Shown here one piece after another: positions 10,569 through 19,732 of a DNA stretch of 64,000 nt. Under the pieces are notes generated by a model, which was not told where the DNA came from, ran no database searches, and saw only the letters and a list, made by a program, of their open reading frames with translations. The stretch lies in assembly GCA_037917675.1 (NCBI GenBank), contig JAVCBW010000025.1:48289-112288 (forward strand). The letters run 5' to 3'. The stretch comes from Thermoproteota archaeon (GTDB taxonomy: Archaea > Korarchaeota > Korarchaeia > B14-G2). Within the stretch, counting starts at the first letter, position 1; every line of letters begins with the position of its first letter. The translations under genes were made by a program, and so were the position numbers.

Positions 10569-11176
10569 ATGGGAGGAAGGCTTGGTAGATCCTTGGGAGC
10601 CCATGATAGGATATATTTCCCGGTAAGTGAGGTGTTTAGGCTGGTGATAGCCTTTATACGAAGGAGGTTTCGCAGAGTACTGCTAGCGGTGAGTGGAATA
10701 ATGCTTTCGATCGCATTCTACACGACGCTTGCCCTTACAGCTATAGTAGTGAGGGGAGATGTAAGCATGTTGAAAGACTACTACATATGGATGCTCATCT
10801 TATCTATTCTCGTGGCTGGAGCAGGGATAATGAACTCGGTATTTATGGCTGTTGTAGAGAGAACTAGGGAGATAGGGGCGATGAAGTGTCTTGGTGCGCT
10901 GTATAGGCATATCCTCGAGATTTTCCTAATGGAGAGCGCATTACTAGGATTTATGGTGGAATTTTGGGGTATGTTCTCGGGGTATTCGCAACGATAGCTT
11001 TAACATCAAAGACTCTGAGTGCTACAGCAGCATTTGAGATCCCAGGTGGATCTATGCTAGCATTATTCGCTCAAGCCGAAGCCATATCTATTGGATTATC
11101 AGTTTTAGCTGCAGCATACCCAGCTTATAGGGCAGCTAAGCTAGATCCTGTAGAGGCTCTAAGGTTCGTCATATAG
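10569..11176 (+). pseudogene. FtsX/MacB-type ABC permease, frameshifted
   Basis: VVERTREIGAMKCLGA and YPAYRAAKLDPVEALR lie in different frames; frameshift near 10955. Confidence 0.75.
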
Positions 11177-11186
11177 GGGAGTGTTA

Positions 11187-11932
11187 GTGGCTAGCGAGAA
11201 GTTGATTATACACGGTAGAGACTGAAGAGCTGAAGAAGTACTATAAGATGGGACCAGAGACGGTGAAGGCGCTCGATGGAGTGAATCTCAGGGTTGTAAG
11301 GGAGGTACGTGAGTATAATGGGTCCTAGCGGGTCAGGTAAGACCACGTTCTTCAACATGATCGGTGGGCTTGATAAGCCAACTGCAGGCAAAGTCTACGT
11401 AGATGAAGTAGACATATCGAAGCTAGATGCATATGAACTCGCATGGCTGAGGTGTAGGAAGATCGGGTACATCTTCCAGACATTCAATTTGATCCCAGTG
11501 ATGACAGCACTAGAGAATGTCATGCTTCCAATGATATTTGCTGGCATAGACGCGGAGGAGAGGAAGAGGAGGGCTATAGAGCTCTTGAGAAGAGTTGGTT
11601 TAGGCGACAGGCTCGAGCATAAACCTGTTAAGCTATCAGGAGGACAGCAGCGTGTAGCTATAGCTAGAGCCCTAGCAAACAACCCAGCTATCATGCTTGC
11701 AGATGAGCCTACTGCAAACCTAGATCTAGAGACTGGACGTAGCATAACAATGCTTCTGCACAAGCTAAATAGTGGGAAGAGAGTGACTGTAATGGCTGCA
11801 ACACATGATCTTAAGATGATAGATGTAAGTGATAGAATAGTGTGGCTCAGAGATGGGAAGATAAGGAAGGTGGAGAAGAGAAAGGAGGTGTCGCTTAGAG
11901 TCTATAGGATTGAGGAAGCTAAGCGGCTATAA
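11187..11932 (+). pseudogene. LolD-type ABC ATPase, frameshifted at 5' end
   Basis: GPSGSGKTT, LSGGQQR (one Q short), ADEPT; N-terminus (LKKYYKMG..VKALDGVNL) in another frame. Confidence 0.75.
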
Positions 11933-12328
11933 AGTGGATGCTAACAGCTCCTTTACCACTTTGTGGTAAGCCGTGTCCTCTTCTATGACTTCTGTATATC
12001 TCTTGGTTATCCTGGCAAGTAGCACAGCTAGGATATGATAGCAGAAGGAAGTGCTTCTGTTCACTATCACGCTTATAAGATGATCTTCACACGAGCAATA
12101 GCAGTATGGTATGACTAGATACTCTCTTTCCCTCCCAACTACGCACCATATGGAGTCTCTGCTCGGGATGAAAACGTATCTTTTGACCTTCCCTTGTGAA
12201 ACAGCTTCTAAAGCCCTCTTAGCCCTGCTTCCATACATGCTAGCTATAGTTTTAATAGCATCCTCCTCAGAGACTGTGGATAGTCTTTGATAGAGCAGAA
12301 GAGCTGTCTGAGCTATCATAGATGCCAT
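11927..12328 (-). CDS. SWIM zinc-finger protein
   Basis: YCSCED...CYHILA. Confidence 0.8.
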   Translation of the reverse strand: MASMIAQTALLLYQRLSTVSEEDAIKTIASMYGSRAKRALEAVSQGKVKRYVFIPSRDSIWCVVGREREYLVIPYCYCSCEDHLISVIVNRSTSFCYHILAVLLARITKRYTEVIEEDTAYHKVVKELLASTL

Positions 12329-12364
12329 GAGAACACCCGAGTATACTCCAGTGAAGAGGAGGAG

Positions 12365-13039
12365 ATACTGATAGTAAGGTGGCTGCCGGGGCTACTGGTT
12401 AGACTTGGAGTTATTAGGATTCTGGTAGTTGGAGACCTACATATTGGATTTGAGAGAGAGCTTGCCATGCGGGGGATACACCCGATCTCACAATGGAAGA
12501 GGTTCCTTAACAACATAGCTATGGCAGGTATGAAGCTAAGAACCAATACTCTGGTTATATTAGGTGATTTAAAGCATGACGTCATTGGAGGGGGAAGAAG
12601 AGAGCTAGCTGAAGCAAGTATGCTTCTCAGGAAGCTAAAGGTGGTCTTCGAGAGGATAATTGTCACACGAGGAAACCATGATAGCTTGTTACGTGATGCA
12701 TTGGAAGATATGGGGGTAGATGAAATCGAGTTTAAGGAAGCTAGAGGCTTCTCAGCCAGGAGCATATACTTTATGCATGGGCACGCTATTCCAGGAGATG
12801 AAGTCGCTAGGAGTAAGGTGGTTCTGTTAGCACATGCACATCCAGTCTTACCAGGCATGAGAAGTAGGGTTCTGGTAAAGGGAGATGTTCAGTTGGCAGG
12901 TAATAGAGCGTGCTTCTTTATAATACCTGCGATGAGCTACCTTGTGCCCGGGCTGGACTACAGAAGAGCTATCGACACCATCCCGCTGCTTAGGAGAAAT
13001 AGGGCTTTGATAACAGATGCATATACCATAGAGGGATAG
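12365..13039 (+). CDS. Calcineurin-like metallophosphoesterase (start uncertain)
   Basis: GDLHIG, GDLKH, RGNHD, HGH, HAHP. Confidence 0.85.
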   Translation: MLIVRWLPGLLVRLGVIRILVVGDLHIGFERELAMRGIHPISQWKRFLNNIAMAGMKLRTNTLVILGDLKHDVIGGGRRELAEASMLLRKLKVVFERIIVTRGNHDSLLRDALEDMGVDEIEFKEARGFSARSIYFMHGHAIPGDEVARSKVVLLAHAHPVLPGMRSRVLVKGDVQLAGNRACFFIIPAMSYLVPGLDYRRAIDTIPLLRRNRALITDAYTIEG

Positions 13040-13041
13040 AC

Positions 13042-14448
13042 TTGTGGGATGTAGTTATTGTGGGATCTGGTCCTACAGGGATATTTACAGCATATGAGCT
13101 TGTAACAAGATCTGATAAGCTTAAGATAGCTATCCTGGAGAGAGGTAGAGATCTTAATAAGAGAGCGTGTCCGATGTTCTTAGGAGAAAGATGCAAGAGA
13201 TGTAAGCCCTGCCACATGGTCTCTGGCTATGGGGGGGCTGGAGCTTTCTCTGATGGCAAGCTTAACTTATCCCCTGATGTGGGAGGGAGGCTTCTAGAGT
13301 ACATTGGACGAAGGGAGCTGACTGAGCTCATAAGATATGTGGATAGCATTTACATCAAGTTCGGTGCACCTACTGAGCTCTATGGGACAGATACTGATAG
13401 AATAGAGCAACTTAGGAGAGAGGCATTAAGGGAAAACTTGAGGCTACTAGTGTTTCCAGTAAGACATATGGGAGAGAAAAGTAGGGATGTCTTAGAGAAC
13501 CTCAAGAAGTATCTTGAAAACAAGGGGGTTGAGTTCTACTTTGAGACAGACGCAAAGGATGTAATAGTTGGTGGAGGAAAAGTAGAGGGAGTCGTGTCAT
13601 CTGATGGAGAAGAGTTTAGATCAAGATATGTCGTCTTAGCACCAGGAAGATCAGGAGCATCTTGGCTTAGAAGGGTAGCGAAGAAGCTTGGGATAGAGGT
13701 CTATAATGATACTGTCGATATTGGAGTTAGAGTCGAGGTACCAGCTGAGATCATGGAACCCTACACGAGTGTACTCTATGAGCCAAAATTCATATATTAC
13801 ACTAAGTCTTTCGATGACAAAGTGAGAACTTTCTGTGTTTGTCCTCATGGTGAAGTCATCACAGAGGTCCATGATGGAGTAGTGACAGTTAATGGGCAGA
13901 GCAGAACAGATAACATGACGAAGAGCACAAACTTTGCCGTGTTGGTTAGCACTAGATTTACAGAGCCATTTAGAGACCCCATTTCATATGCTCTCGACAT
14001 CGCAAGGCTAGCCAACAACATAGCAGGGAATAGGCCGATAATACAGAGGCTTGGAGACCTTTTAAGAGGGAGGAGGTCAACATACGAGAGAATAGAGAGA
14101 AGCATAGTTATTAGGACGCTTGAAGACGTCACACCAGGAGACTTAAGCTATGTCCTTCCATATAGATACCTTAGGAATATAATTGAGATGTTAGAGCAAC
14201 TTAACAAGGTGATGCCAGGAGTCTATTCAGATCATACACTCCTATATGGAGTTGAGATAAAACTATACTCATCTAGCTTAAAGCTGAAGAGTACTCTTGA
14301 GACCGAGATCAGAAACCTCTATGCCGGCGGAGATGGGGCAGGAGTGTCTAGGGGGCTTGTCCAAGCTTCAGCTTCAGGAGTCATAATAGCTAGGTCGATC
14401 CTGGAGAAAGAAGGCTATACTCAACCTAATGGGGGCGCTGGGATTTGA
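13042..14448 (+). CDS. NAD(P)/FAD-dependent oxidoreductase
   Basis: GSGPTG, GGAGAFSDGKL, RTFCVCPHG, GDGAGVSRG; 3' end overlaps tRNA-Pro antisense. Confidence 0.9.
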   Translation: MWDVVIVGSGPTGIFTAYELVTRSDKLKIAILERGRDLNKRACPMFLGERCKRCKPCHMVSGYGGAGAFSDGKLNLSPDVGGRLLEYIGRRELTELIRYVDSIYIKFGAPTELYGTDTDRIEQLRREALRENLRLLVFPVRHMGEKSRDVLENLKKYLENKGVEFYFETDAKDVIVGGGKVEGVVSSDGEEFRSRYVVLAPGRSGASWLRRVAKKLGIEVYNDTVDIGVRVEVPAEIMEPYTSVLYEPKFIYYTKSFDDKVRTFCVCPHGEVITEVHDGVVTVNGQSRTDNMTKSTNFAVLVSTRFTEPFRDPISYALDIARLANNIAGNRPIIQRLGDLLRGRRSTYERIERSIVIRTLEDVTPGDLSYVLPYRYLRNIIEMLEQLNKVMPGVYSDHTLLYGVEIKLYSSSLKLKSTLETEIRNLYAGGDGAGVSRGLVQASASGVIIARSILEKEGYTQPNGGAGI

Positions 14449-14518
14449 ACCCAGGTCTCCAGCTCCCGAGGCTGGAAGGATAGGCCACTGTAGCTAGAGG
14501 TAGCTACCCCACGCCCCC
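14430..14518 (-). tRNA. tRNA-Pro(CGG) with ~14-nt D-loop intron (14488-14501)
   Basis: Cloverleaf CCAGC-CT CGG GA-GCTGG; intron central helix GTAG/CTAC. Confidence 0.9.
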
Positions 14519-14577
14519 AGGATAGCGTGCTGCTTATAGGTATAAAAGCTTCTCACAGCAGCCTGCTCTACTGTGGG

Positions 14578-15099
14578 TTAAAGCTGTAGGAGATGAGACT
14601 TCAAGCTTACAAACTCCTTCCTCAAATCCTCTGCTATAGTGCTTAGAGAGGAGGAAATCACCTTTGTGTCTGCTATGACTGGCATGAAATTTGTGTCACC
14701 AGCCCATCTCGGTACTATGTGGACATGGAGGTGGTCTTCAATACCTGCTCCAGCAAGCCTCCCGAGATTTAGCCCTATGTTGAAGCCATCAGGGCGATAC
14801 TTCTTTGAGAGTATTCTGACAGATTCCCTAATTAGCCTCCACATAGACTTTACTTCGTCATAGGATAATGACAAGAGATCGCTGATATGTCTTGTTGGAG
14901 CGACCATTAGATGACCAGGATTATATGGATACTTGTTTATGATGACTAGCGCGTGCTCATCGATGTAGAGAAGCAAACTTTTATCTCCGCTTTTAGCAGC
15001 TGCATCACAGAAGATGCAGCCTCTATCTATACCTCTACTTATCTCCTCTATGTATTGTCTCCTCCAAGGAGCCCATAGCCTCTTAATCAAGCCCCCCAC
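14578..15099 (-). CDS. HIT-family hydrolase
   Basis: LWAPWR, NKYPYNPGH, HLHVHIVPRW. Confidence 0.92.
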   Translation of the reverse strand: MGGLIKRLWAPWRRQYIEEISRGIDRGCIFCDAAAKSGDKSLLLYIDEHALVIINKYPYNPGHLMVAPTRHISDLLSLSYDEVKSMWRLIRESVRILSKKYRPDGFNIGLNLGRLAGAGIEDHLHVHIVPRWAGDTNFMPVIADTKVISSSLSTIAEDLRKEFVSLKSHLLQL

Positions 15100-15436
15100 C
15101 TTGAATGATTAGTATTGCTTCAGCCAGATCCCCTTTAGCCTTCTTCAAGGCATTTATAGCACTATCTCTGCTACATCCCGTCTGCTCTACTATGAGCCTT
15201 ATGTCCTCTTCATCTATCTCAAGCTCCTCTTCCATCTCCCTTCTGACAGGTGTGCCAACTATCTGCCACTGCTCCAGATCCTTCAGCTTGATAATAGAGA
15301 CTGTAGGTGCCTCAAAAAAGTATTCAGCATCCTTAGTCTTTATGATAGCGTACTCTACATCCTTAACCTCGGTTATACTCATGCCCATCTGTTTCATGAG
15401 CCTTCTGAGCTGACGTGGGGCTAGACCGCGAGTCAT
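15083..15436 (-). CDS. nac: Nascent polypeptide-associated complex protein
   Basis: LMKQMGM; C-terminal UBA-like EEDIRLIVEQTG...GDLAEAI. Confidence 0.9.
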   Translation of the reverse strand: MTRGLAPRQLRRLMKQMGMSITEVKDVEYAIIKTKDAEYFFEAPTVSIIKLKDLEQWQIVGTPVRREMEEELEIDEEDIRLIVEQTGCSRDSAINALKKAKGDLAEAILIIQGGGLD

Positions 15437-15505
15437 CTACCGCACCTGACACTTATAGGAGAGCCAAATTTAAGTTGAGATAGCTAGCACCATAGTGGTG
15501 AGTAT

Positions 15506-16012
15506 GTGTTCGAATGTGAAGTCTGCGGCAGGCAAACTGATAAAGTTATCAAGAGGCAGATTGAGGGGACCACAGTTTCTGTATGCCCCGCATGCGCAAG
15601 GTATGGAAGTAGTGTGAGCTTATTTGCTATGAAGAAAAGAGAGGCAAGACAGAGGAGGCGCCATGTTCAGGCGAGAAGGCGTAAGCTACATGCAGTGAAG
15701 GACTTGTATGAGAGGTATGAGGTCGTTGAAAACTACCATCTTATCATAAGGAGGAGGAGAGAAGAGCTTGGGATGAAGCAGAAAGACTTTGCAAAGAGAC
15801 TTGGAATAAAAGAGTCGATGCTACAGAAGATGGAGGCAGGGAAGTTTATACCTGATATACCGACATGTATGAAGATAGAGGCGATACTTGGCGTCAAGAT
15901 ACTGAGAGAAGCTGTAGACGAAGAGGTTTTAGCTAGGTTTGAGGGAAGGGCTGAAGTAGAACCCACGATAGGTGAGGTTCTCGAGATAAAGAGGAGAAAA
16001 GCAGGGAAGTAA
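15506..16012 (+). CDS. mbf1: Multiprotein bridging factor aMBF1
   Basis: N-terminal CEVCG..CPAC Zn ribbon plus C-terminal HTH. Confidence 0.9.
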   Translation: MFECEVCGRQTDKVIKRQIEGTTVSVCPACARYGSSVSLFAMKKREARQRRRHVQARRRKLHAVKDLYERYEVVENYHLIIRRRREELGMKQKDFAKRLGIKESMLQKMEAGKFIPDIPTCMKIEAILGVKILREAVDEEVLARFEGRAEVEPTIGEVLEIKRRKAGK

Positions 16013-16075
16013 GTTAGGCAGTTGACGATCAGGTAAGGTTAAGTATCATAGGAGCTTATCATAGTAGGGAGAGAT

Positions 16076-16597
16076 ATGAAGAACAACAGACTAGCAGAGC
16101 TCATAACGCTTCTGGTTAACGGCCATGGTGACGAGGAAATTCTGAGAGTAAGCAATGTGCTACTAAGGGGGGAAGCTGAGGAGAGAAGGATAGCTGAAGC
16201 TGCAAATCTTAAACTTCAATTCGTGAGGAGGGCGCTCTATAAGCTCCATGAAAACCACATCGTGAAGTATAGGAAGGTCAAGGATAATGAGAAGAAGTGG
16301 TACGATGTCTTCTGGGAGCTTGATATAGAGGGGCTTAAGATGAGCTTGCGTAAGAGAGCAAATAACGTCATAGAAACACTAACACGCAAGCTTAAGTATG
16401 AAAAAGGCAACATAATCTATGCGTGTATAAGCGATGAATCCCATCTAAGGGTATCACTTGAGCAAGCAGCTGAAAGAGACTTTAACTGCCCTATATGTGG
16501 TTCCCCCCTATATCCGAGTAATAGCGAGAAAGTTATCAATAGGCTTGAGGATGTGATCAATAAACTTGAGCATATAGAGATGTTTGTGAGGAGGTAG
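16076..16597 (+). CDS. tfe: Transcription factor E alpha
   Basis: wHTH VRRALYKLHE..YRKVKD..WY; FNCPICGSPL. Confidence 0.88.
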   Translation: MKNNRLAELITLLVNGHGDEEILRVSNVLLRGEAEERRIAEAANLKLQFVRRALYKLHENHIVKYRKVKDNEKKWYDVFWELDIEGLKMSLRKRANNVIETLTRKLKYEKGNIIYACISDESHLRVSLEQAAERDFNCPICGSPLYPSNSEKVINRLEDVINKLEHIEMFVRR

Positions 16598-16601
16598 CAG
16601 C

Positions 16602-17285
16602 ATTAGGATAACCATAGCAGATAGACTAGACATTCTTAGCTGGAGGATAGCTAAAAAGGCTTCCAGAGACTTCAAGCTATACTTAGAGAAGCTAGCAGAG
16701 AACCTCAAGATAGATGAGATTAATGTCAGAGAGTACCATGGGTGGATAGATGTAGATGTGTGGGGAGAAGACGATGAAGCTTTTTGCAACTTTCTAAGCG
16801 TCAGATTTGGGAGAGTAAAGAGGATGAGAGAGGTTAAGGAGAGGGAGGCTGCTAGAGGAGTCTTTCTAGTGAGCGAGAAGGCAGAGGAAGTCGTAGGTAA
16901 GGTGTTCTTAGAGGGTAAGCCAGTACAGCTAGCTAGCAGAGGGGAAGCTAGAGGAATCCTTGAAGAAGCTTGGGTACCTATGTGGATACGAGTTTTAAGG
17001 GAGGGTAAAGAAATGCATGCTCTGCTACATGAAAGGCAAGCTAGATTCTATAGGAAAATAGCCATTGGAGGGTATGTGCAGGTTGTCATAAATGGAGTTG
17101 TATCAGAAGTAGAGAAGAGGTTGCATATGTCTGGATGCAGGGGGTTCAGGGATGGCGCATTAGTCTATCAGCTTATCTGCCCAGAGAATAGCATAGCAGA
17201 CATAATAGGCCTCTTAAGAGCAGAGAAAGCCTATAGGTTTGTAGTCATACGCCCTCGAGAAATCCTTAAGTACCTAACTAGATAG
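16602..17285 (+). CDS. DUF2110-like hypothetical protein, probable ATT/ATA start
   Basis: Open frame from 16590; GWIDVDVWGEDDEAFCNFL; typical position after tfe; RBS GGAGGT before ATT 16602. Confidence 0.6.
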   Translation: MRITIADRLDILSWRIAKKASRDFKLYLEKLAENLKIDEINVREYHGWIDVDVWGEDDEAFCNFLSVRFGRVKRMREVKEREAARGVFLVSEKAEEVVGKVFLEGKPVQLASRGEARGILEEAWVPMWIRVLREGKEMHALLHERQARFYRKIAIGGYVQVVINGVVSEVEKRLHMSGCRGFRDGALVYQLICPENSIADIIGLLRAEKAYRFVVIRPREILKYLTR

Positions 17286-17295
17286 GTGTATTGGA

Positions 17296-17406
17296 GCCGG
17301 GGTGCTCTAGAGGGTTGACCGGAGAGCCTGGTAGGAGGCAGAGGAGCCTAAGCCTGCTAAGCCTGTGGCCCTTGTGGCCGCGTGGGTTCAAATCCCACCC
17401 CCGGCG
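17296..17406 (+). tRNA. tRNA-Ser(GCT) with two introns (17311-17326 at 15/16; 17342-17351 at 29/30)
   Basis: Long variable arm; intron helices CTCT/GGAG and AGGC/GCCT. Confidence 0.9.
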
Positions 17407-17414
17407 CTTAAAGT

Positions 17415-17500
17415 GGGCCGGTGGTCTAGGGGTATGACTCAGCTGGCATGAAGCCGCCCTCACGAGGCGGAGGTCGAGGGTTCGAGTCCCTCCCGGCCCA
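17415..17500 (+). tRNA. tRNA-Val(CAC) with 14-nt intron at 25/26 (17439-17452)
   Basis: CCGCC-CT CAC GA-GGCGG; helix TATG/CATG. Confidence 0.92.
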
Positions 17501-17543
17501 CTATAGGTGTGCTGCTGCTATACTACCTGTTACGTACTAAGTG

Positions 17544-17862
17544 GGCAGCGGTGGCCCCCTCAGGTGGATGAGGCTTCCCTTAGCCAGAGGCAACGTGAGG
17601 GTGATTCCACCCCTTACCTGAGAACGCCTAGTGTCCGCCTTAGGAGTGCTCTCTTCCGAGCCTCCTCCGGTTCGGCGGCAAGGAGTAGGGTGGCTCCTCT
17701 CCAGGAGCTCCTACTCCTCCACAGGCCCCTCAGGCGGTAGCTTCATCACCCCCTCACGTGCATAGCTAGGGGAGGCCTCACCGCCCTTCGGGTTCATCTG
17801 GCCCCAGCTTAGTCTTCTGGTTACAGGGGGCGACTACACCCCCGGCCCTACCCACCGCTGCC
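17544..17862 (-). ncRNA. ffs: Signal recognition particle (7S) RNA
   Basis: Terminal helix GGCAGCGGTGG/CCACCGCTGCC, Alu-like 5' domain with TGTAA, helix 8 AGGCTC-GGAA-GAGAGCA; ~320 nt GC-rich. Confidence 0.9.
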
Positions 17863-17884
17863 TCTCTTCCATGGGGGAGGGGGG

Positions 17885-17892
17885 CTTATATA
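17885..17892 (-). promoter_or_regulatory. TATA box of SRP RNA
   Basis: TATATAAG about 25 nt upstream of the RNA 5' end. Confidence 0.6.
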
Positions 17893-17899
17893 GCTTCCG

Positions 17900-18664
17900 C
17901 TAGAGGATCATGTTGCCTATTTTCTGTAGAGTCCTCAGTAAGCCTATTAGTGAGCCTGCTCTTTGAAATTCTAGTTTGAGTAGCAACCTCCTCAGCTCAC
18001 CTATCATGCTACTAGACTTCATGGGACATTGGTGAGCTATTGGTATCTGAACAGCTTTTGTGAGTTCTATTGATAACACTTCTATAGCGGGCAATGCTAG
18101 ATTTCGGTTAGAAGCCTGTGGGAGGGCTGAGGCAAGAAGAGTACGCACTAGCGGATTATGTTGCTGATAGGCTATATAGGCTAGGGCTAAGCTGCAGTAT
18201 TCATCTAATGTTAATGGAATGACTGCTTTGTTGCATCCTTTTAGATCAGCGAACTCTAGTACAGCTCTAATAACGCTGCTTATACAGGATAGACAGTCGC
18301 TTGGTGATATCGTTATGCTAGATAGCTTTATCCAGTAAGGGATGCACAGGCTAGATGCTATAGAATGAAATGTGGTGAAGTCGATGGTATTTGGAGCTAC
18401 TAGCAACGGATTAACCTTTACGAGTCTGAACTCGCTCTCTAGCTCCAGGAATAGTGATAGAAAACAAAGGTCTTCTAGGCTGGGTCTGATAGCGATAGCT
18501 ATTGCATCAGTTGGTGACAGTAGCTCTAGCTTCCTGATGACTCTCCTTATAGCCCTGTCTACTGCCTGCCTCAAACAGGGTCTGCAGTAAGCCATGCCAG
18601 AGCTTTTCTTGACGTATATAGGAGGCCTTAGCCTGCATACACTGCACTCAGAGAGCTTCATCAA
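17900..18664 (-). CDS. Degenerate TtuA/Ncs6-like protein lacking the PP-loop
   Basis: N-terminal CSVC..YCRPC..IRKLELLSPTDAIAIAI as in TtuA; SGGKDS absent. Confidence 0.5.
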   Translation of the reverse strand: MMKLSECSVCRLRPPIYVKKSSGMAYCRPCLRQAVDRAIRRVIRKLELLSPTDAIAIAIRPSLEDLCFLSLFLELESEFRLVKVNPLLVAPNTIDFTTFHSIASSLCIPYWIKLSSITISPSDCLSCISSVIRAVLEFADLKGCNKAVIPLTLDEYCSLALAYIAYQQHNPLVRTLLASALPQASNRNLALPAIEVLSIELTKAVQIPIAHQCPMKSSSMIGELRRLLLKLEFQRAGSLIGLLRTLQKIGNMIL

Positions 18665-18705
18665 AGCACCTTCAGTTATAAGTGTGGGGCATCAGGTTGA
18701 TAAGG

Positions 18706-19404
18706 ATGGTGTTGCAACCTGGAAGGAAGATAGTAAGGGAGGGGGCTGAGAGAGAAGTAGTTTATACGAGGGAGCAATGGGAACTTCTCAGAAGGAAACG
18801 TGAGCTAGCTATTAGGGTTCTTAGCAAAGCACGTGAGCTCGGTATAGTTGGTGGGGGGGTTCATGGGAGTGTTGCCCGAGGAGATGTGAGCTATAAAAGC
18901 GACATAGATGTATTTTTTGTTAGAATAGTTCCTATCCCTCTCATAGAAGTCTTTAGAGATACTATAGAGGAGGTATCGTGTGTTAAGGATGTTAAGCTCA
19001 TACAGCCATGTCCAGGTAGGGCTCTGAAGCTCTATATCCATCTGGATGGAAACGTGTCGGTTTCGTTCCCGGTGACGCCACTCAGCAAAACAGAGTATGA
19101 GTTCTATAGGTTCGGTGGAGCTATCGACCTAGATGAGCTACTTAAGGGGAAGAGAGTGCCGGGAGTGAATAAGAAGCTTCTGATGATAGAGCCTACCTCC
19201 TTTGGGCATATGGAGTATCCGATAGTCGGGCGCGAGTGGATAGCTGCACAAAAACTCGGTATCAGCATAGATACTGTCATGGAGAGAGTCAGAGTTCTCA
19301 CTAGAAGAAGTGAGGTAGGTAGAACTGGTGTGTATATTGAGATCGATGTCAAAGGTAGCCTCGCTGAGGCAGTAAAGAAGGCTGTTAAAAGAAGCTGGCT
19401 GTAA
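18706..19404 (+). CDS. Pol beta-superfamily nucleotidyltransferase
   Basis: HGSVARGDV..SDIDV, EFYRFGG, RVPGVNKKL, GRTGVY. Confidence 0.85.
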   Translation: MVLQPGRKIVREGAEREVVYTREQWELLRRKRELAIRVLSKARELGIVGGGVHGSVARGDVSYKSDIDVFFVRIVPIPLIEVFRDTIEEVSCVKDVKLIQPCPGRALKLYIHLDGNVSVSFPVTPLSKTEYEFYRFGGAIDLDELLKGKRVPGVNKKLLMIEPTSFGHMEYPIVGREWIAAQKLGISIDTVMERVRVLTRRSEVGRTGVYIEIDVKGSLAEAVKKAVKRSWL

Positions 19405-19452
19405 AATGCGGGTATTATATGGGAACTCGGCTCTTAGCTAAATGGGAGGATT

Positions 19453-19731
19453 TTGAGAGAAATATTCCTACTACATCTTGTGATCTTTGCAGCAGCTAGG
19501 CTTGGAGAGGAGCCTTTTGAAGGGGTTTCAGAGAGAATCGAGAAGTTTTTCCATGGGCTAGAGCAGCTAATTCAGGACATAAAGAGCCTGTTCATGGAGC
19601 TAGGGCAGGTGCTAGCTGGAGCCCTTATAGTAATTGGAGCTATACTGTGGGCTTCAGGAGTATTTAGGTATACTGGGTTCAGACTGATGACTGGAGGAGT
19701 CCTTCTCTTAATACTGCTCTTGCTGCTATGA
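19453..19731 (+). CDS. Small membrane protein, pilin-like architecture
   Basis: Hydrophobic N-terminus, amphipathic helix, two C-terminal TM helices; RBS GGGAGG. Confidence 0.55.
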   Translation: MREIFLLHLVIFAAARLGEEPFEGVSERIEKFFHGLEQLIQDIKSLFMELGQVLAGALIVIGAILWASGVFRYTGFRLMTGGVLLLILLLLL

Positions 19732-19732
19732 C

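Noticed and set aside
17278-17740. ORFs 17278-17463 and 17507-17740
   Set aside because: They overlap tRNA-Ser, tRNA-Val and SRP RNA; GC-rich RNA genes generate spurious ORFs
17544-17862. RNase P RNA as alternative identity
   Set aside because: No GAGGAAAGUCC-type P4 motif seen; helix 8 GGAA/AGCA pattern indicates SRP RNA
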